Part shown: positions 6,451-16,702 of the stretch, piece after piece
Position numbering within the stretch: the first letter of the stretch is position 1
Layout: each line of letters begins with the position of its first letter
Source: Acidothermus cellulolyticus 11B
GTDB lineage: Bacteria; Actinomycetota; Actinomycetes; Acidothermales; Acidothermaceae
Reading direction: 5' to 3'
DNA length: 32,000 nt
Assembly (NCBI RefSeq): GCF_000015025.1
Contig: NC_008578.1
Span: forward strand, 1,470,001 to 1,502,000
Program-made: the position numbers and the translations under genes
Notes under the pieces: model-generated
Told to the model about the DNA's origin: nothing
What the model saw: the letters and a program-made list of their open reading frames with translations, nothing else
The model's database searches: none

Positions 6451-7452
6451 GTGGCGCAGCCGGGCACAATATCCGCTATGCGTCAACTGATCAATTCGCC
6501 TCGGGTCATGCTCATGCTCGCCGCAGCGGCGGCCGTCGGTGCACTGGCCGCCGTCCTTGCCGGTTTGTCGTTCGCCCTCGCCTCGGTCTTCGACACCGGC
6601 GCGGCCCACGACCTCCGGGTCGGCGCCGCATGGATCGGCTTCGCCGCGTGGTTGATCGCCATCGTCGCGGTGGCACGCCTCGGCTGGCAGCTGATCTTGG
6701 AGTCCCGCTGGACGCCGGTGGCCGAGATCGGCGGGGTCGTGATCTCCGTTCTTCTGATCACGATCGGCGCGTTGGTTGACGCCCTCGATGTGACCGGACG
6801 TCGGGGCAGCGGCGGCGGGGTTCTCGCCGCCGTCGGTTTCGGGTTGCTTGGCCTGGCGGTGCTGGTTGTCGCCGCCCGCCAGTCGATCGCCGAGTTCCGG
6901 GAGAACGTCCAGCCGCACCGGCGGTCCGCTTACCTGTGGTCGTTCGGCGCCGGAGCGGCGATTCTGTACGCGATCGCGGTGGGGTTGACGGACACACCGC
7001 TCGGATTGGCTGGAACCACGGACGTCACGCAGGGCGACCTCATCGCGTCCGGCGTGCTCGCCCTGCTCTGCTGGGCCGTGCTCATTGCCGTCGCGGCCGG
7101 TGCGCTCCGGGTCGGCATCGCCCGGTTGGCGACCGTCCAAGGGCTTGTCGTTGCGCTGGGCATCCTCGTGCTGAGCGCGATCGCGCTGATCGTGGCTGCC
7201 GCGACCCAGATCCCGGTCTCCGCAGACCTCACCGGGTTCCGGGTCGCGTTCTCGCTCCCGGAATTCCTCCTCGCAGTTGGACTGCTCGTCCTGGCGTCGA
7301 TCTCAGCCGCGCGTGGGGACGCCTTCGGTGGTCTAGCCAGCCGGGTGCAGCCGGCTCCCCGCCCGGCGCCGGCACCGCCGGGCCCAACCACCCCGCCGGC
7401 GGCGGAGACGACACCGATGCCCGTCTCACCACCGGAACCACCGGGGGTCTGA
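6451..7452 (+). CDS. Hypothetical polytopic membrane protein (about 8 predicted TM helices) with Pro-rich C-terminal tail
   Basis: 333-aa ORF with eight hydrophobic 20-23-aa stretches and a PAPRPAPAPPGPTTPP tail. It is divergent from the Roadblock gene. GTG at 6451 or ATG at 6478 (MRQLINS...) are possible starts. I recognise no family. Confidence 0.55.
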   Translation: MAQPGTISAMRQLINSPRVMLMLAAAAAVGALAAVLAGLSFALASVFDTGAAHDLRVGAAWIGFAAWLIAIVAVARLGWQLILESRWTPVAEIGGVVISVLLITIGALVDALDVTGRRGSGGGVLAAVGFGLLGLAVLVVAARQSIAEFRENVQPHRRSAYLWSFGAGAAILYAIAVGLTDTPLGLAGTTDVTQGDLIASGVLALLCWAVLIAVAAGALRVGIARLATVQGLVVALGILVLSAIALIVAAATQIPVSADLTGFRVAFSLPEFLLAVGLLVLASISAARGDAFGGLASRVQPAPRPAPAPPGPTTPPAAETTPMPVSPPEPPGV

Positions 7453-7456
7453 CCAC

Positions 7457-7477
7457 CCCGCCCGGCAGGGCAGCGGG
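7457..7477. terminator. GC-rich imperfect hairpin in the 32-nt convergent gap between the membrane-protein gene and aroE
   Basis: cccgcccggcagggcagcggg has CCCGCCC / GGGC(AG)CGGG arms around a GGCA loop. There is no U-tract. Confidence 0.3.
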
Positions 7478-7484
7478 AACGCGC

Positions 7485-8444
7485 TCAGTCCAGCCGATCG
7501 CGGACCGCTGCCCGCATCGCGTCGATCGGTGCGGGTCGGCCGGTCCACTGCTCGACCTGAGCCGCCGCCTGGCGGACCAGAAGCTCCAGACCGCCGATGA
7601 CCGTGCAACCGGCGGACCGTGCCGCTGCGGCGAGCGGCGTCGGCCACGGGTGGTAAATGACGTCGAAGACCACCTGGCCGGCGCGCAGCGGCGCCTCCCG
7701 GGCAACGCGGTCGGCGGCCCCCGCCGGCACCGTGGAGATCACAAGGGCGGCGTCGGCGACCGCGGCCAGACCCGGCCAGGCCGTGAAGGTGAGCTGGACG
7801 CCGAGCCGATCCGCGGCGGTCCGCAGCGCCGCAGCCCGGCCTTGGTCACGCACGACGACCCCGACCTCCGCCCAGCCGAATTCGCGGACCGCGGCCAGTG
7901 CGGCCGCCGCCGTCCCGCCGGCGCCGAGGACGACGACCCGGCCGGCGGCCGGCCGGGGATTCACGCCGCGCAGCGCGGCGACCATGCCGGTGACGTCGGT
8001 GTTGTCGCCGACCCGACGCCGCCGGGCCGGCTCGTCGAGGAACGTCACGGTGTTCACCGCGCCGACGTCACGGGCCAGCGGGCTCACGTCGTCCAGAAGG
8101 GGAAGCACGGCGCGTTTGAGCGGCATGGTCAGTGAGAGGCCAACGAATTCCGGGCCGAGCTCGTCGAGGAGCGTGCCCAACCGGGTCTCGTCGCACTCGA
8201 TCGCGTCGTACGACCAGTCCAGCCCGAGCGCCCGGTACGCCGCGCGGTGCAGCACCGGCGAGAGCGAATGGTCAATCGGGGATCCGAGCACCGCGGCCCG
8301 GCGGCGGAGAACGGCCGGCCCAGCGCCGTCCGCGGCCGGGCTCGGGTCGCCCAGGCGGGTCACGCCGTCCGCTGCCCGGCTCGTGCCAGCCGGGTCATCA
8401 CCGATCCCGGTCCTGCGGGTCACGTCATCACCCACCCGGGTCAC
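7485..8444 (-). CDS. aroE: Shikimate dehydrogenase
   Basis: LGSPIDHSLSPVLHRAAY, SLTMPLK, GAVNTV, GDNTDVTG and VLGAGGTAAA motifs. The GTG start at 8444 overlaps the mltG stop (GTGA). A ~45-aa low-complexity N-terminal lead makes the start uncertain. Confidence 0.85.
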   Translation of the reverse strand: MTRVGDDVTRRTGIGDDPAGTSRAADGVTRLGDPSPAADGAGPAVLRRRAAVLGSPIDHSLSPVLHRAAYRALGLDWSYDAIECDETRLGTLLDELGPEFVGLSLTMPLKRAVLPLLDDVSPLARDVGAVNTVTFLDEPARRRRVGDNTDVTGMVAALRGVNPRPAAGRVVVLGAGGTAAAALAAVREFGWAEVGVVVRDQGRAAALRTAADRLGVQLTFTAWPGLAAVADAALVISTVPAGAADRVAREAPLRAGQVVFDVIYHPWPTPLAAAARSAGCTVIGGLELLVRQAAAQVEQWTGRPAPIDAMRAAVRDRLD

Positions 8445-9559
8445 GGCGTCGGAGCCGTCGCCGACGCCGCGTACGAGGCCTGCACCTGCGCCCGTAACTT
8501 CTCAAATTCCTTCTGCGAGGCGGTGAACGTCGTCTCGCCGGTCACCGGGTCGGTCGTCACGAAGTACAGGTAATCGCCGTGCGCAGGATGCAGCGCCGCG
8601 AGCAGGGCGGCCTTGTCCGGTGAGTCGATGGGCGTCGGCGGCAGCCCCGTGTGCAGGTACGTGTTGTACGGCGACTCGGTTTTCAGATCGCTCTGGGACA
8701 GCAGGAATTTCGACGTGCCGAGTGCGTAGTTCACCGTCGAGTCCAGTTGCAGCGGCATGCCGCGGTGCAGCCGGTTGAGGATGACCTCGGCGACCAACGG
8801 ATAGTCCTGCGGCCGTTTCACTTCCGCCTCGATCAGGCTCGCGATGATCACGACCTGGTAGGGCGTCAGGCCAAGCTGCTTGGCACCGGCTTCGAGGTCG
8901 ATCGAGGCGGCGACCTGGCGGAACGTCGCCACCATTTCGCTGAGCAGGCTGGTCGCCGTCGTGGATTCGTCGACGTTGTAGGTGGCCGGGTACAGGAAAC
9001 CCTCGGCCTGGCCGTGTGCGTATGCCGGCAGGCCGAGTGCGTCCGGCTTGGCCAACGCGGCCTGCAGCTCGGCCACCGAGATGCGGCTATGGCTTGCGAT
9101 GATCTGCAGCGTCTTCGACAGCCGCATGCCTTCCGGAATCGTGACCCGCGCTCCAACGAACGACGTCGGGTCGAGGAGCAGGCCGAGCGCCGCCTGCGCG
9201 GACATGTGCAGCCGGAGTTTGTACACACCCGGCTGGATGTTCTGCGCCTGCTCGTTGACCTGTGCCGCATCCACAAATGCCGTCACGCTCTTCACGACCC
9301 CGTCGGCGACCAACGTGCGGCCGATGTCGGTGAGCGAATCCCCGGGATGAACCTCCACGAGCACGGTGCCGCTGCCGTCGCCGACCCAATCGTTGGCCTC
9401 CGTGGGATGGAAGACCTTGCCCGCCAGCAGGACACCGCCGGCGACGAGCGCGACGACCAGGGCGAGGGAGACGCCGATCGCCGGAATTTGGAGCAGCCGG
9501 CGATACAGCGGAGGCTTCGGGGGGTGCGGCTCCAGGCCGAGGTCGAAAATGTCCGTCAC
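8441..9559 (-). CDS. mltG: Endolytic murein transglycosylase MltG (YceG-like)
   Basis: N-terminal TM (IPAIGVSLALVVALVAGGVLLAG), then the YceG core with TIPEGMRL, GFLYPATY, ASLIEAEV and SPYNTYLHTGLPPTPI. The track ORF to 10018 is over-extended through ruvX. GTG at 9559 lies 1 nt after the ruvX stop. Confidence 0.85.
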   Translation of the reverse strand: MTDIFDLGLEPHPPKPPLYRRLLQIPAIGVSLALVVALVAGGVLLAGKVFHPTEANDWVGDGSGTVLVEVHPGDSLTDIGRTLVADGVVKSVTAFVDAAQVNEQAQNIQPGVYKLRLHMSAQAALGLLLDPTSFVGARVTIPEGMRLSKTLQIIASHSRISVAELQAALAKPDALGLPAYAHGQAEGFLYPATYNVDESTTATSLLSEMVATFRQVAASIDLEAGAKQLGLTPYQVVIIASLIEAEVKRPQDYPLVAEVILNRLHRGMPLQLDSTVNYALGTSKFLLSQSDLKTESPYNTYLHTGLPPTPIDSPDKAALLAALHPAHGDYLYFVTTDPVTGETTFTASQKEFEKLRAQVQASYAASATAPTP

Positions 9560-9560
9560 G

Positions 9561-10097
9561 TCACCCTGCCTCCCGGCGCCGAGCCGCGGCGGTGTCGTCC
9601 GGGTCGGCGGGGGTGACCAGCCGGCCGGGCGGCCGGCCGGTGGCGCGTTCGGCGTCCAATGCGTCCTGCAGGAGGATCGCGGCGGCAAGCTGATCCACAA
9701 CCGCCCGCCGCTGCCGGCCGGCGAGTCCAGCCGATTGCAGCCGCCGGTCGGCGTGCACCGTGGTGAACCGCTCGTCGACCAGCCGGACCGGCACCGGGTG
9801 CACGGCTGTCGCCAGCCGGCGGGCGTACCCGGCAATGTCCCGGGCTGCGGCACCCGCGGTACCGCGGAGCGAGACCGGCAGGCCGACGACAACCTCGACA
9901 GCGCCGCGCTCCTCGACGAGCTGGGCAAGGCGGCGCAGCTCACCGGCTCCGGAAGCGTCACGCGGCAGTGTCTCGGCCGGTACGGCGAGCCGCCCGTCGG
10001 GATCGCTGACCGCGACACCGATCCGTACCGTGCCGACGTCGACGCCGATCCGCACTCCCGGTCGCACGGCTGTGTCGCCCATGGTTGGTAGTGTCAC
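9561..10097 (-). CDS. ruvX: Holliday-junction-resolvase-like putative pre-16S rRNA nuclease YqgF/RuvX
   Basis: [17 protein letters not shown]...VVVGLP...RLVDERFTT...[11 protein letters not shown] pattern. GTG at 10097 overlaps the alaS stop (GTGA). An alternative ATG lies at 10082. Confidence 0.85.
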   Translation of the reverse strand: MTLPTMGDTAVRPGVRIGVDVGTVRIGVAVSDPDGRLAVPAETLPRDASGAGELRRLAQLVEERGAVEVVVGLPVSLRGTAGAAARDIAGYARRLATAVHPVPVRLVDERFTTVHADRRLQSAGLAGRQRRAVVDQLAAAILLQDALDAERATGRPPGRLVTPADPDDTAAARRREAG

Positions 10098-12754
10098 CCG
10101 ACCTGGGCGCGGACGGCGTCCAGCGCGGCCGACACCGCGTCGTCCACCGCCGCAGGATTCGTCCCGCCGCCTTGCGCGAAGTCCGGGCGGCCGCCGCCAC
10201 CGCCGCCCAACCGCTTGGCCGCGACGCCGACCAGCTCGCCCGCCTTGACCCCGCGGGCGAGCGCCTCGCTCCCGACCGCGGCGACGACCACCGGCCGGCC
10301 GCCCGCAACACCGGCCAGGACGACGACCGCACTGCCGCCAAGCCGCTGGCGGAGATCGGTGGCGAGCAGCCGGAGCCCGTCGGCGTCCACCCCGTCACCG
10401 TCCACCCGGGCGGCGACGACCGCCAGGCCGCCGACGTCCACCCGGGCGGCGGCAAGCCGCGGTGCCTCGGCCAGGAGCCGGGCCTGCCGGAGTTTCTCCA
10501 GCTCCTTCTCGGCGTCCCGCAGTCGGGCGAGCATGCCGGCGATCCGGTCAGGAAGCTCGTCCGCGGGTGCCTTGAGCTGTTCGGCGAGCTGGGAGACCAA
10601 CACGGCCTCCCGGGCCAGGTACCGGTAGGCGTCCAGCCCGACCAGTGCCTCGATCCGGCGCACTCCGGCACCGATCGACGACTCACTGACGATCTTGATG
10701 ACGCCGAGGTGGCCGGTGTGCGGAACGTGGGTGCCGCCGCAGAGCTCCCGCGACCAATCCCCAATTGAGATCACTCGCACCTGGTCGCCGTACTTCTCCC
10801 CGAACATGGCGATCGCGCCGCTGGCAATGGCCTCCTGCTGGCGCATGATCTGCGCGGTGACCTCGAGATCGTGCAGGAGGAGGTCGTTGACCCGCTCCTC
10901 CACCTCCCCGAGCACCGAGGGAGGTACGGCGCTGGGATTGGTGAAGTCGAACCGGAACCGGCCGGGCGCGTTCTCCGACCCGGCTTGCGCCGCGGTGTCC
11001 CCGAGGAACTCCCGGAACGCCTTGTGCACCATGTGGGTCGCCGTGTGCGACCGGGAGATCGCCCATCGCCGGTCGACGTCGATGCGGGCGAGGACCGTCT
11101 CCCCCACGGTGATCTCACCGTCGGCCACCCGGCCGCGGTGCACGATGAGCCCGGGCAGCGGTTGCTGGACGTCGTCCACGTCGATCCGGCCGGCGGCGAA
11201 CTCGAGGACGCCGTGGTCCGGCAGCTGGCCGCCGCCTTCGGCGTAGAACGGCGTGCGGTCCAGCACCACCTCGACCCGCTGGCCGGCGTGGGCCGCGGGC
11301 ACCGCAGCCCCGTCGACGAGAAGGCCGCGGACGACGGCTTCCCCGCTGCGTTCGGTGTAGCCGGTGAATTCCACCGGGCGGCCGAGCAGCTCCGCCGCCG
11401 CACGGTACGCCGCCCGATCGGCGGCCCCGGTCTTCCTCCGCTCCGCATCTTCCTTGGCCCGTCGCCGCTGCTCGGCCATGAGGGCGCGGAACCCCTCCTC
11501 GTCGACGGTCACGCCCTGCTCGGCGGCCATCTCCAGGGTGAGATCGATGGGAAAGCCGTACGTGTCGTGCAGCACGAACGCCTGCTCCCCGGAGAGGACC
11601 CCGCCGCCGGCTTCCCGAACCGCGGCCTCGAACCGTGCGGTGCCCGCGGCCAGCGTCGAGAAGAACGAGGCCTCCTCGCCGTCGGCGACCGCGAAAATCC
11701 GCTCGGCGTTCCGGCTGAGTTCGGGGTATTGCGGCGTGAACACCGCAATCGCGGTGGCGACCAGCTCGTGCATGGTCGGTTCCCGGGCGCCGAGCAGCCG
11801 CATCGCGCGGACCACCCGGCGCATGAGCCGCCGCAGCACGTACCCGCGTTCCTCGTTGGACGGGACGACGCCGTCGTTGACGAGCATGGTGATGGCCCGG
11901 ATATGGTCGGCGACCATGCGCAGCCGGACGTCGTTCTGGCCCCCGGACCCGTACCGCTGGCCGGTCAGTTCAGCGGCCTTGTCCAGGATCGGCCGGGTGG
12001 TGTCGATCTCATAAATGTTGTCGACACCCTGGAGAATGGCCGCCATCCGTTCCAGACCCATTCCGGTGTCGATATTCTTCGCCGGCAATTCGCCGAGAAT
12101 CGGGTAATTGTCCTTGGCGCCGCCCGGGCCGCGTTCATATTGCATGAAAACGAGGTTCCAGACCTCGAGGTAGCGTTCCTCGTTGGCGACAGGGCCGCCG
12201 CCGACGCCGAATTCCGGCCCCCGGTCGTAGTAGATTTCGCTGCACGGACCGCAGGGACCCGGCACGCCCATCGACCAGAAATTGTCCGCCATGCCGCGGC
12301 GCTGGATGCGGTCGACCGGCAGACCGACCACCCGGTGCCAAATATCGGCGGCTTCGTCATCGTCGGTGTAGACCGTGACCCACAGTCGGTCGGGTGCGAA
12401 ACCGTAACCGCCGTCGGCGACCGGCGTGGTGAGCAATTCCCAGGCCAGGGGAATCGCGGTTTCCTTGAAGTAGTCGCCAAAGGAGAAATTGCCGCACATG
12501 TGAAAGAACGTCGCGTGCCGGGTCGTCTTGCCGACCTCGTCAATGTCCGGTGTGCGCAGCACTTTCTGCACGCTGGTCGCGCGCGGCCAGGGGGCGGGTG
12601 CGTCGCCGCGGAAATACGGTTTGAACGGTTGCATGCCGGCGACGACAAAGAGCAATTCGGGATCGTCGGCGACCAGCGGGGTCGACGGGACGACGACGTG
12701 GTCGCGTTTCTCGAAGAATGCCAGCCACCGACGGGCTATTTCCGCGGACTCCAT
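10094..12754 (-). CDS. alaS: Alanine--tRNA ligase
   Basis: 886 aa. Class II AlaRS N-terminal core (FFEKRDH, HTFFEMLGNF-like [18 protein letters not shown]), editing-domain HTATH...CGGTH motif and C-terminal DHHA1-like region. ATG at 12754. Confidence 0.97.
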   Translation of the reverse strand: MESAEIARRWLAFFEKRDHVVVPSTPLVADDPELLFVVAGMQPFKPYFRGDAPAPWPRATSVQKVLRTPDIDEVGKTTRHATFFHMCGNFSFGDYFKETAIPLAWELLTTPVADGGYGFAPDRLWVTVYTDDDEAADIWHRVVGLPVDRIQRRGMADNFWSMGVPGPCGPCSEIYYDRGPEFGVGGGPVANEERYLEVWNLVFMQYERGPGGAKDNYPILGELPAKNIDTGMGLERMAAILQGVDNIYEIDTTRPILDKAAELTGQRYGSGGQNDVRLRMVADHIRAITMLVNDGVVPSNEERGYVLRRLMRRVVRAMRLLGAREPTMHELVATAIAVFTPQYPELSRNAERIFAVADGEEASFFSTLAAGTARFEAAVREAGGGVLSGEQAFVLHDTYGFPIDLTLEMAAEQGVTVDEEGFRALMAEQRRRAKEDAERRKTGAADRAAYRAAAELLGRPVEFTGYTERSGEAVVRGLLVDGAAVPAAHAGQRVEVVLDRTPFYAEGGGQLPDHGVLEFAAGRIDVDDVQQPLPGLIVHRGRVADGEITVGETVLARIDVDRRWAISRSHTATHMVHKAFREFLGDTAAQAGSENAPGRFRFDFTNPSAVPPSVLGEVEERVNDLLLHDLEVTAQIMRQQEAIASGAIAMFGEKYGDQVRVISIGDWSRELCGGTHVPHTGHLGVIKIVSESSIGAGVRRIEALVGLDAYRYLAREAVLVSQLAEQLKAPADELPDRIAGMLARLRDAEKELEKLRQARLLAEAPRLAAARVDVGGLAVVAARVDGDGVDADGLRLLATDLRQRLGGSAVVVLAGVAGGRPVVVAAVGSEALARGVKAGELVGVAAKRLGGGGGGRPDFAQGGGTNPAAVDDAVSAALDAVRAQVG

Positions 12755-12996
12755 CGGTCCTCGCTCACCGGTCCTTCGTCCGTCAACGCCTCCTGGAGTT
12801 CGGCTTCGCGTTCCGCCATTGCGGCGCGTACGTCGTCGATGAACCCGCGGATCGCCGCGGCAACGCCCGCCCCGCTCCGCCGCGCCTGGTCGGCGAGCCC
12901 CCCGGGGGTGAGCCGATCAGCGGCGCGCATCACCCGGCGGGCGACGACTACGCCGACGCCGACGCCGACCGCGAGATAGAAGACTCGCTTCATCAT
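12736..12996 (-). CDS. Small hypothetical protein with N-terminal membrane anchor
   Basis: 86 aa, [22 protein letters not shown]... followed by a charged helical region. Its ATG overlaps the DUF948 stop (ATGA), and its 3' end overlaps the alaS start by 19 nt. The frame has coding-like composition. Confidence 0.5.
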   Translation of the reverse strand: MMKRVFYLAVGVGVGVVVARRVMRAADRLTPGGLADQARRSGAGVAAAIRGFIDDVRAAMAEREAELQEALTDEGPVSEDRWSPRK

Positions 12997-13424
12997 CGCG
13001 CTGGTTCCGCGGACTCGCTCGTCGCCGCCTTGCGGGCGGCCTTCATCTCCGCCCGCACGCGCTTCTCAACGTCCCGGCGTTTACGGTCGGCGATCGCCCG
13101 CCGCACGCCGTACGTGAACGCGGCCACCTTGATGACCGGGCTGCCGAGGGTCGCGGCGAACAGTGAGGTCAGCCCGGAAATGTTCGTCGTCACCTGCTGG
13201 ACGTTGGCCGTGATGGCGTCCACCCGTTCGAGTTGGTGGTTGGCGTGGTCGACCGTCGTGTTCACCCCGCGGATCAGTGGCACGGTCTCGTCGGTCACGC
13301 CACGGACGAGGCGTCGCGCCTCGTCCAGCACCTTCCCGAGCTTGATCAGTGGGACGGCGGCGAGCCCGACCAGGAGCACAAAGGCTCCAGCGGCGATGAT
13401 TCCGGCGATGTCACCGACAGACAT
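12993..13424 (-). CDS. DUF948-like membrane-anchored coiled-coil protein
   Basis: 143 aa from the internal ATG at 13424, preceded by GGGGAGAAGAGG. N-terminal [24 protein letters not shown] is followed by helical repeats, as in DUF948 proteins found upstream of alaS in Gram-positives. The track ORF to 13760 is an over-extension into rarA. Confidence 0.65.
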   Translation of the reverse strand: MSVGDIAGIIAAGAFVLLVGLAAVPLIKLGKVLDEARRLVRGVTDETVPLIRGVNTTVDHANHQLERVDAITANVQQVTTNISGLTSLFAATLGSPVIKVAAFTYGVRRAIADRKRRDVEKRVRAEMKAARKAATSESAEPAR

Positions 13425-14913
13425 CCTCTTCTCCCCTCGCCGTGGACGGCATCCCGTGGGCGGTCGGTGCGGTCTCGGTCGGCGCGGTCGCGCCACCGCC
13501 GGAATGACCGGTCGTCGGTGCGCCGGCCGCCTCGCCCGAGGATATCGATCCGCCGCCGCGCAGCGCAGCCCGGATCGCGGCAAGCCGGTCGGCGATCTTC
13601 GCTTCGTGGCCGTGGCGGCTCGGCTGGTAGTAGACCCGCCCGGCGAGCTGGTCCGGTGCGTACTGCTGGGCGACGATCCCGGCCGGATCGTCGTGCGGAT
13701 AGCGGTAACCGACCCCGTGGCCGAGCCGGGCCGCGCCCGGGTAGTGGGCGTCGCGGACATGGAGCGGAACCGGTCCGGCGAGCCCGGCGCGGACGTCGTC
13801 CAGCGCTGCGCTGAGCGCCCGGGTCACCGCGTTGGACTTCGGCGCGACGGCAAGCGCGATGACGGCATGCGCCAGGGTGAGGCCTGCCTCCGGCAGGCCG
13901 ATGAAGGCGACCGCGTGGTAGGCGGCAACCGCGGTCGGTAAGGCAGCCGGATCGGCCAGCCCGATGTCTTCACTCGCCAGAATCACCAACCGGCGGGCGA
14001 TGAACCGCGGGTCCTCCCCCGCCTCGAGCATCCGGGCCAGGTAGTGCAGGGCCGCATCCACATCGCTGCCCCGGACCGACTTGATCAGCGCACTGGCCAC
14101 GTCGTAATGCTGATCGCCCTGCCGGTCGTAGCTGGGCAGCGCCCGGCTGGCGGCTCCCTCGACCTCGGCGACGTCGATCACCGGTTGATCGGGCTGGGCC
14201 GCGGCCTCCAGGTAGGTCAGGGCCCGGCGGGCGTCTCCGCCGGCGAGCCGGATAAGCCTCTCCTCCGCCGCCGGGGTGAGGGTGTGCCGGCCGGCCAGCC
14301 CGCGGGGATCGACGACCGCGCGGCGGATGACGGTCCGCAGCTCGTCGTCGCTGAGCGGCTGCAAGGTGAGCAGCACCGCGCGGGACAGCAACGGCCCGAT
14401 CACACTGAAGGACGGGTTCTCCGTGGTAGCGCCGATCAGCGTGACGATGCCGTTCTCGACCGCCGGAAGCAGGCTGTCCTGCTGGGCTTTGGAAAACCGG
14501 TGAACTTCGTCGAGGAACAAGACGGTTCCCCGTCCGGACGCCGCACGCTCCCGGCGGGCAGCCGCGATCACGTCGCGCACGTCCTTGACGCCCGCGGCGA
14601 CCGCGGAGAGCTCGACGAACCGGCGTCCGGACGCGTGGCTGACGAGATACGCCAGCGTCGTCTTGCCGCTGCCCGGCGGCCCCCAGAGCAGGAGCGACGG
14701 GGCGGTTGCCTGCGGGTCGTCGAGCAGGCGGCGCAGCGGGGTGCCGGGGGCGAGGAGGTGTTGCTGGCCGACGAATTCGTCGATCGTGCGCGGCCGCATC
14801 CGGACAGCCAGCGGAGCGTGGGCGGAGGGTGACGTCTGTCCGTGGGCGGAGGGTGACGTCCGCTCGTGGGCCAACTCTGCGTCGGAGAAGAGCCGGTCGC
14901 CGGTGCCATCCAC
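13411..14913 (-). CDS. rarA: Replication-associated recombination protein A (RarA/MgsA AAA+ ATPase)
   Basis: [18 protein letters not shown], Walker [12 protein letters not shown], Walker [19 protein letters not shown], MgsA C-terminal domain ([23 protein letters not shown]-like). GTG start at 14913. Confidence 0.9.
   Translation of the reverse strand: MDGTGDRLFSDAELAHERTSPSAHGQTSPSAHAPLAVRMRPRTIDEFVGQQHLLAPGTPLRRLLDDPQATAPSLLLWGPPGSGKTTLAYLVSHASGRRFVELSAVAAGVKDVRDVIAAARRERAASGRGTVLFLDEVHRFSKAQQDSLLPAVENGIVTLIGATTENPSFSVIGPLLSRAVLLTLQPLSDDELRTVIRRAVVDPRGLAGRHTLTPAAEERLIRLAGGDARRALTYLEAAAQPDQPVIDVAEVEGAASRALPSYDRQGDQHYDVASALIKSVRGSDVDAALHYLARMLEAGEDPRFIARRLVILASEDIGLADPAALPTAVAAYHAVAFIGLPEAGLTLAHAVIALAVAPKSNAVTRALSAALDDVRAGLAGPVPLHVRDAHYPGAARLGHGVGYRYPHDDPAGIVAQQYAPDQLAGRVYYQPSRHGHEAKIADRLAAIRAALRGGGSISSGEAAGAPTTGHSGGGATAPTETAPTAHGMPSTARGEEDVCR
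14817..14870. repeat. 24-bp tandem repeat (2.25 copies), in frame in the rarA 5' region
   Basis: cgtgggcggagggtgacgtctgtc / cgtgggcggagggtgacgtccgct / cgtggg. The first 20 nt are identical. It encodes [16 protein letters not shown]. Confidence 0.85.
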
Positions 14914-14923
14914 GCCTGCGACC

Positions 14924-16702
14924 CTACGCGGATTGCCTCCCCGGCGGCCGGCCTGCGGCGGCGTACGGGTCGGCGTCGATGCCGGCCTCCTTCCGCTGCT
15001 CTGGAGTGATCGGCGTCGGAGCTCCGGTGAGCGGGTCGGTGCCGGACGCGGTCTTCGGAAACGCGATCACGTCCCGGATCGACTCCACACCGGCGAGCAG
15101 AGCGGCGATCCGGTCCCACCCGAAGGCGATCCCACCGTGCGGAGGCGGCCCGTACCGGAAGGCCTCCAAGAGGAAGCCGAACTTCGCGTTCGCCTCCGCT
15201 TCGGAAATGCCGAGGACCTCGAACACCCGCTGCTGGACATCGGCCCGGTGGATACGGATCGAACCACCGCCGATCTCGTTGCCGTTGGCGACGATGTCGT
15301 ACGCCGCCGCCAGCGCCTCCCCGGGTTTGTCGGCGAACCGGTCCATCCACTCCGGCTTCGGCGCGGTAAACGGGTGGTGCACCGAGGTCCAACCGCCGGC
15401 GCCGTCCGGCTCGAACAACGGCGGGTCGACGATCCAGCACAGCGACCACGCCGGCGCGCCGGACGCCGGGTCGGTCAACCGGCACCGGCGGGCGATCTCC
15501 AGCCGGACGGCGCCGAGGAGTTCCTGACTCGCCCGCTGCTCTCCGGCGGCGAAGAAAATCGCGTCACCGGGCCGGGCGCCGGTCGCAGCGGGAAGCCCGG
15601 CACGTTCGGCGTCGGAGAGGTTCTTGGCGATCGGCCCGGTGAGCTCCGCACCGACGAGAACGTACGCGAGTCCCTTCGCGCCGCGGGAGCGGGCGAACGT
15701 CGTCCATTCGTCCAGCTCAGATCGGCTCTGACCCGCACCGCCCGGCATCACCACGGCGCCGACGTAAGGGGCCTGGAAAATCCGCAGCGAGGTGCCGGCA
15801 AAGAATTTCGTGAGGTCGACAATTTCCTGGCCGAACCGCAAATCCGGTTTGTCGGAACCGAATCGGCGCATCGCCTCGGCGTACGTGAGCCGCGGCAACG
15901 GGAGGGCAAGCTCCACCCCGGCGAGCTGGCTCCACAGCGTGGCGATGACGTCCTCGGCGAGCGCCATGACGTCGTCCTCGGTGACGAAACTCATCTCAAT
16001 GTCCAGCTGGGTGAATTCCGGTTGGCGGTCGGCCCGGAAATCCTCATCCCGGAAACACCGGGCCAGCTGGTAATACCGCTCCAGCCCGGCCACCATCAGC
16101 AATTGCTTGAACAATTGCGGGGATTGCGGAAGCGCGTACCAATGCCCGGGCTGCAGCCGGGCCGGCACGAGGAAATCCCGCGCCCCTTCCGGCGTGGAGC
16201 GAGTAAGGTACGGCGTCTCCACCTCCACGAACCGGTGCCGGGCCATCACCTCACGAGCCAGCCGGTTCATCTCCGACCGGAGCCGCAACGCCCGGGCCGG
16301 TCCGGGACGCCGCAGGTCGAGGTACCGGTATTTCAGCCGGGTCTCCTCGTTCACCTCCACCGGACCGGTCACCGGGAACGGCAGCGGCGCCGCCTCCGAG
16401 AGCACCTCGATCTCGTCGGCCACCACCTCGACGTCCCCGGTCTCGAGCTCCGGGTTCTCATTGCCCGCCGGACGCAGCCGCACTTCGCCTGCCACCCGGA
16501 GGCAGAATTCCGCCCGCACCCGGGACGCCACCTGCCCGGCGACGCCCTCGCGCGCCACAACCTGGACGATGCCGGAGGCGTCCCGCAGGTCGAGGAAGAC
16601 CACTCCACCGAGGTCACGACGCCGGGCGACCCAGCCGGCGAGCACGACCCGGCTGCCGGCGTCCGCCGGCCGCAACGTCCCGGCTTCGTGCGTCCGGATC
16701 AC
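14924..16702 (-). CDS. aspS: Aspartate--tRNA ligase
   Basis: OB-fold N-terminus ([22 protein letters not shown]), class II motifs ([37 protein letters not shown]). I place the start at GTG 16702, overlapping the hisS stop (GTGA). The track start at 16747 would overlap hisS by 49 nt. Confidence 0.95.
   Translation of the reverse strand: MIRTHEAGTLRPADAGSRVVLAGWVARRRDLGGVVFLDLRDASGIVQVVAREGVAGQVASRVRAEFCLRVAGEVRLRPAGNENPELETGDVEVVADEIEVLSEAAPLPFPVTGPVEVNEETRLKYRYLDLRRPGPARALRLRSEMNRLAREVMARHRFVEVETPYLTRSTPEGARDFLVPARLQPGHWYALPQSPQLFKQLLMVAGLERYYQLARCFRDEDFRADRQPEFTQLDIEMSFVTEDDVMALAEDVIATLWSQLAGVELALPLPRLTYAEAMRRFGSDKPDLRFGQEIVDLTKFFAGTSLRIFQAPYVGAVVMPGGAGQSRSELDEWTTFARSRGAKGLAYVLVGAELTGPIAKNLSDAERAGLPAATGARPGDAIFFAAGEQRASQELLGAVRLEIARRCRLTDPASGAPAWSLCWIVDPPLFEPDGAGGWTSVHHPFTAPKPEWMDRFADKPGEALAAAYDIVANGNEIGGGSIRIHRADVQQRVFEVLGISEAEANAKFGFLLEAFRYGPPPHGGIAFGWDRIAALLAGVESIRDVIAFPKTASGTDPLTGAPTPITPEQRKEAGIDADPYAAAGRPPGRQSA

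Noticed and set aside
6313-7140. 5' extension of the Roadblock ORF (track ORF 5620-7140, 506 aa)
   Set aside because: The extension is Arg/Asp/Gly-rich with no hydrophobic core and overlaps the plus-strand membrane-protein gene. An internal ATG at 6312 with a good SD begins exactly at the Roadblock domain.
9560-10018. 5' extension of the mltG ORF, and similarly 13425-13760 for the DUF948 ORF and 23067-23162 for apt
   Set aside because: Each extension overlaps the upstream gene out of frame with Arg/Pro/Ser-rich sequence. Internal starts with an SD or coupling geometry coincide with the expected N-termini.
10871-12979. 702-aa plus-strand ORF antisense to alaS
   Set aside because: The opposite strand encodes a full-length, motif-complete AlaRS. 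The antisense translation is low-complexity and Arg/Gly/Pro/Asp-rich, so it is a high-GC artefact.
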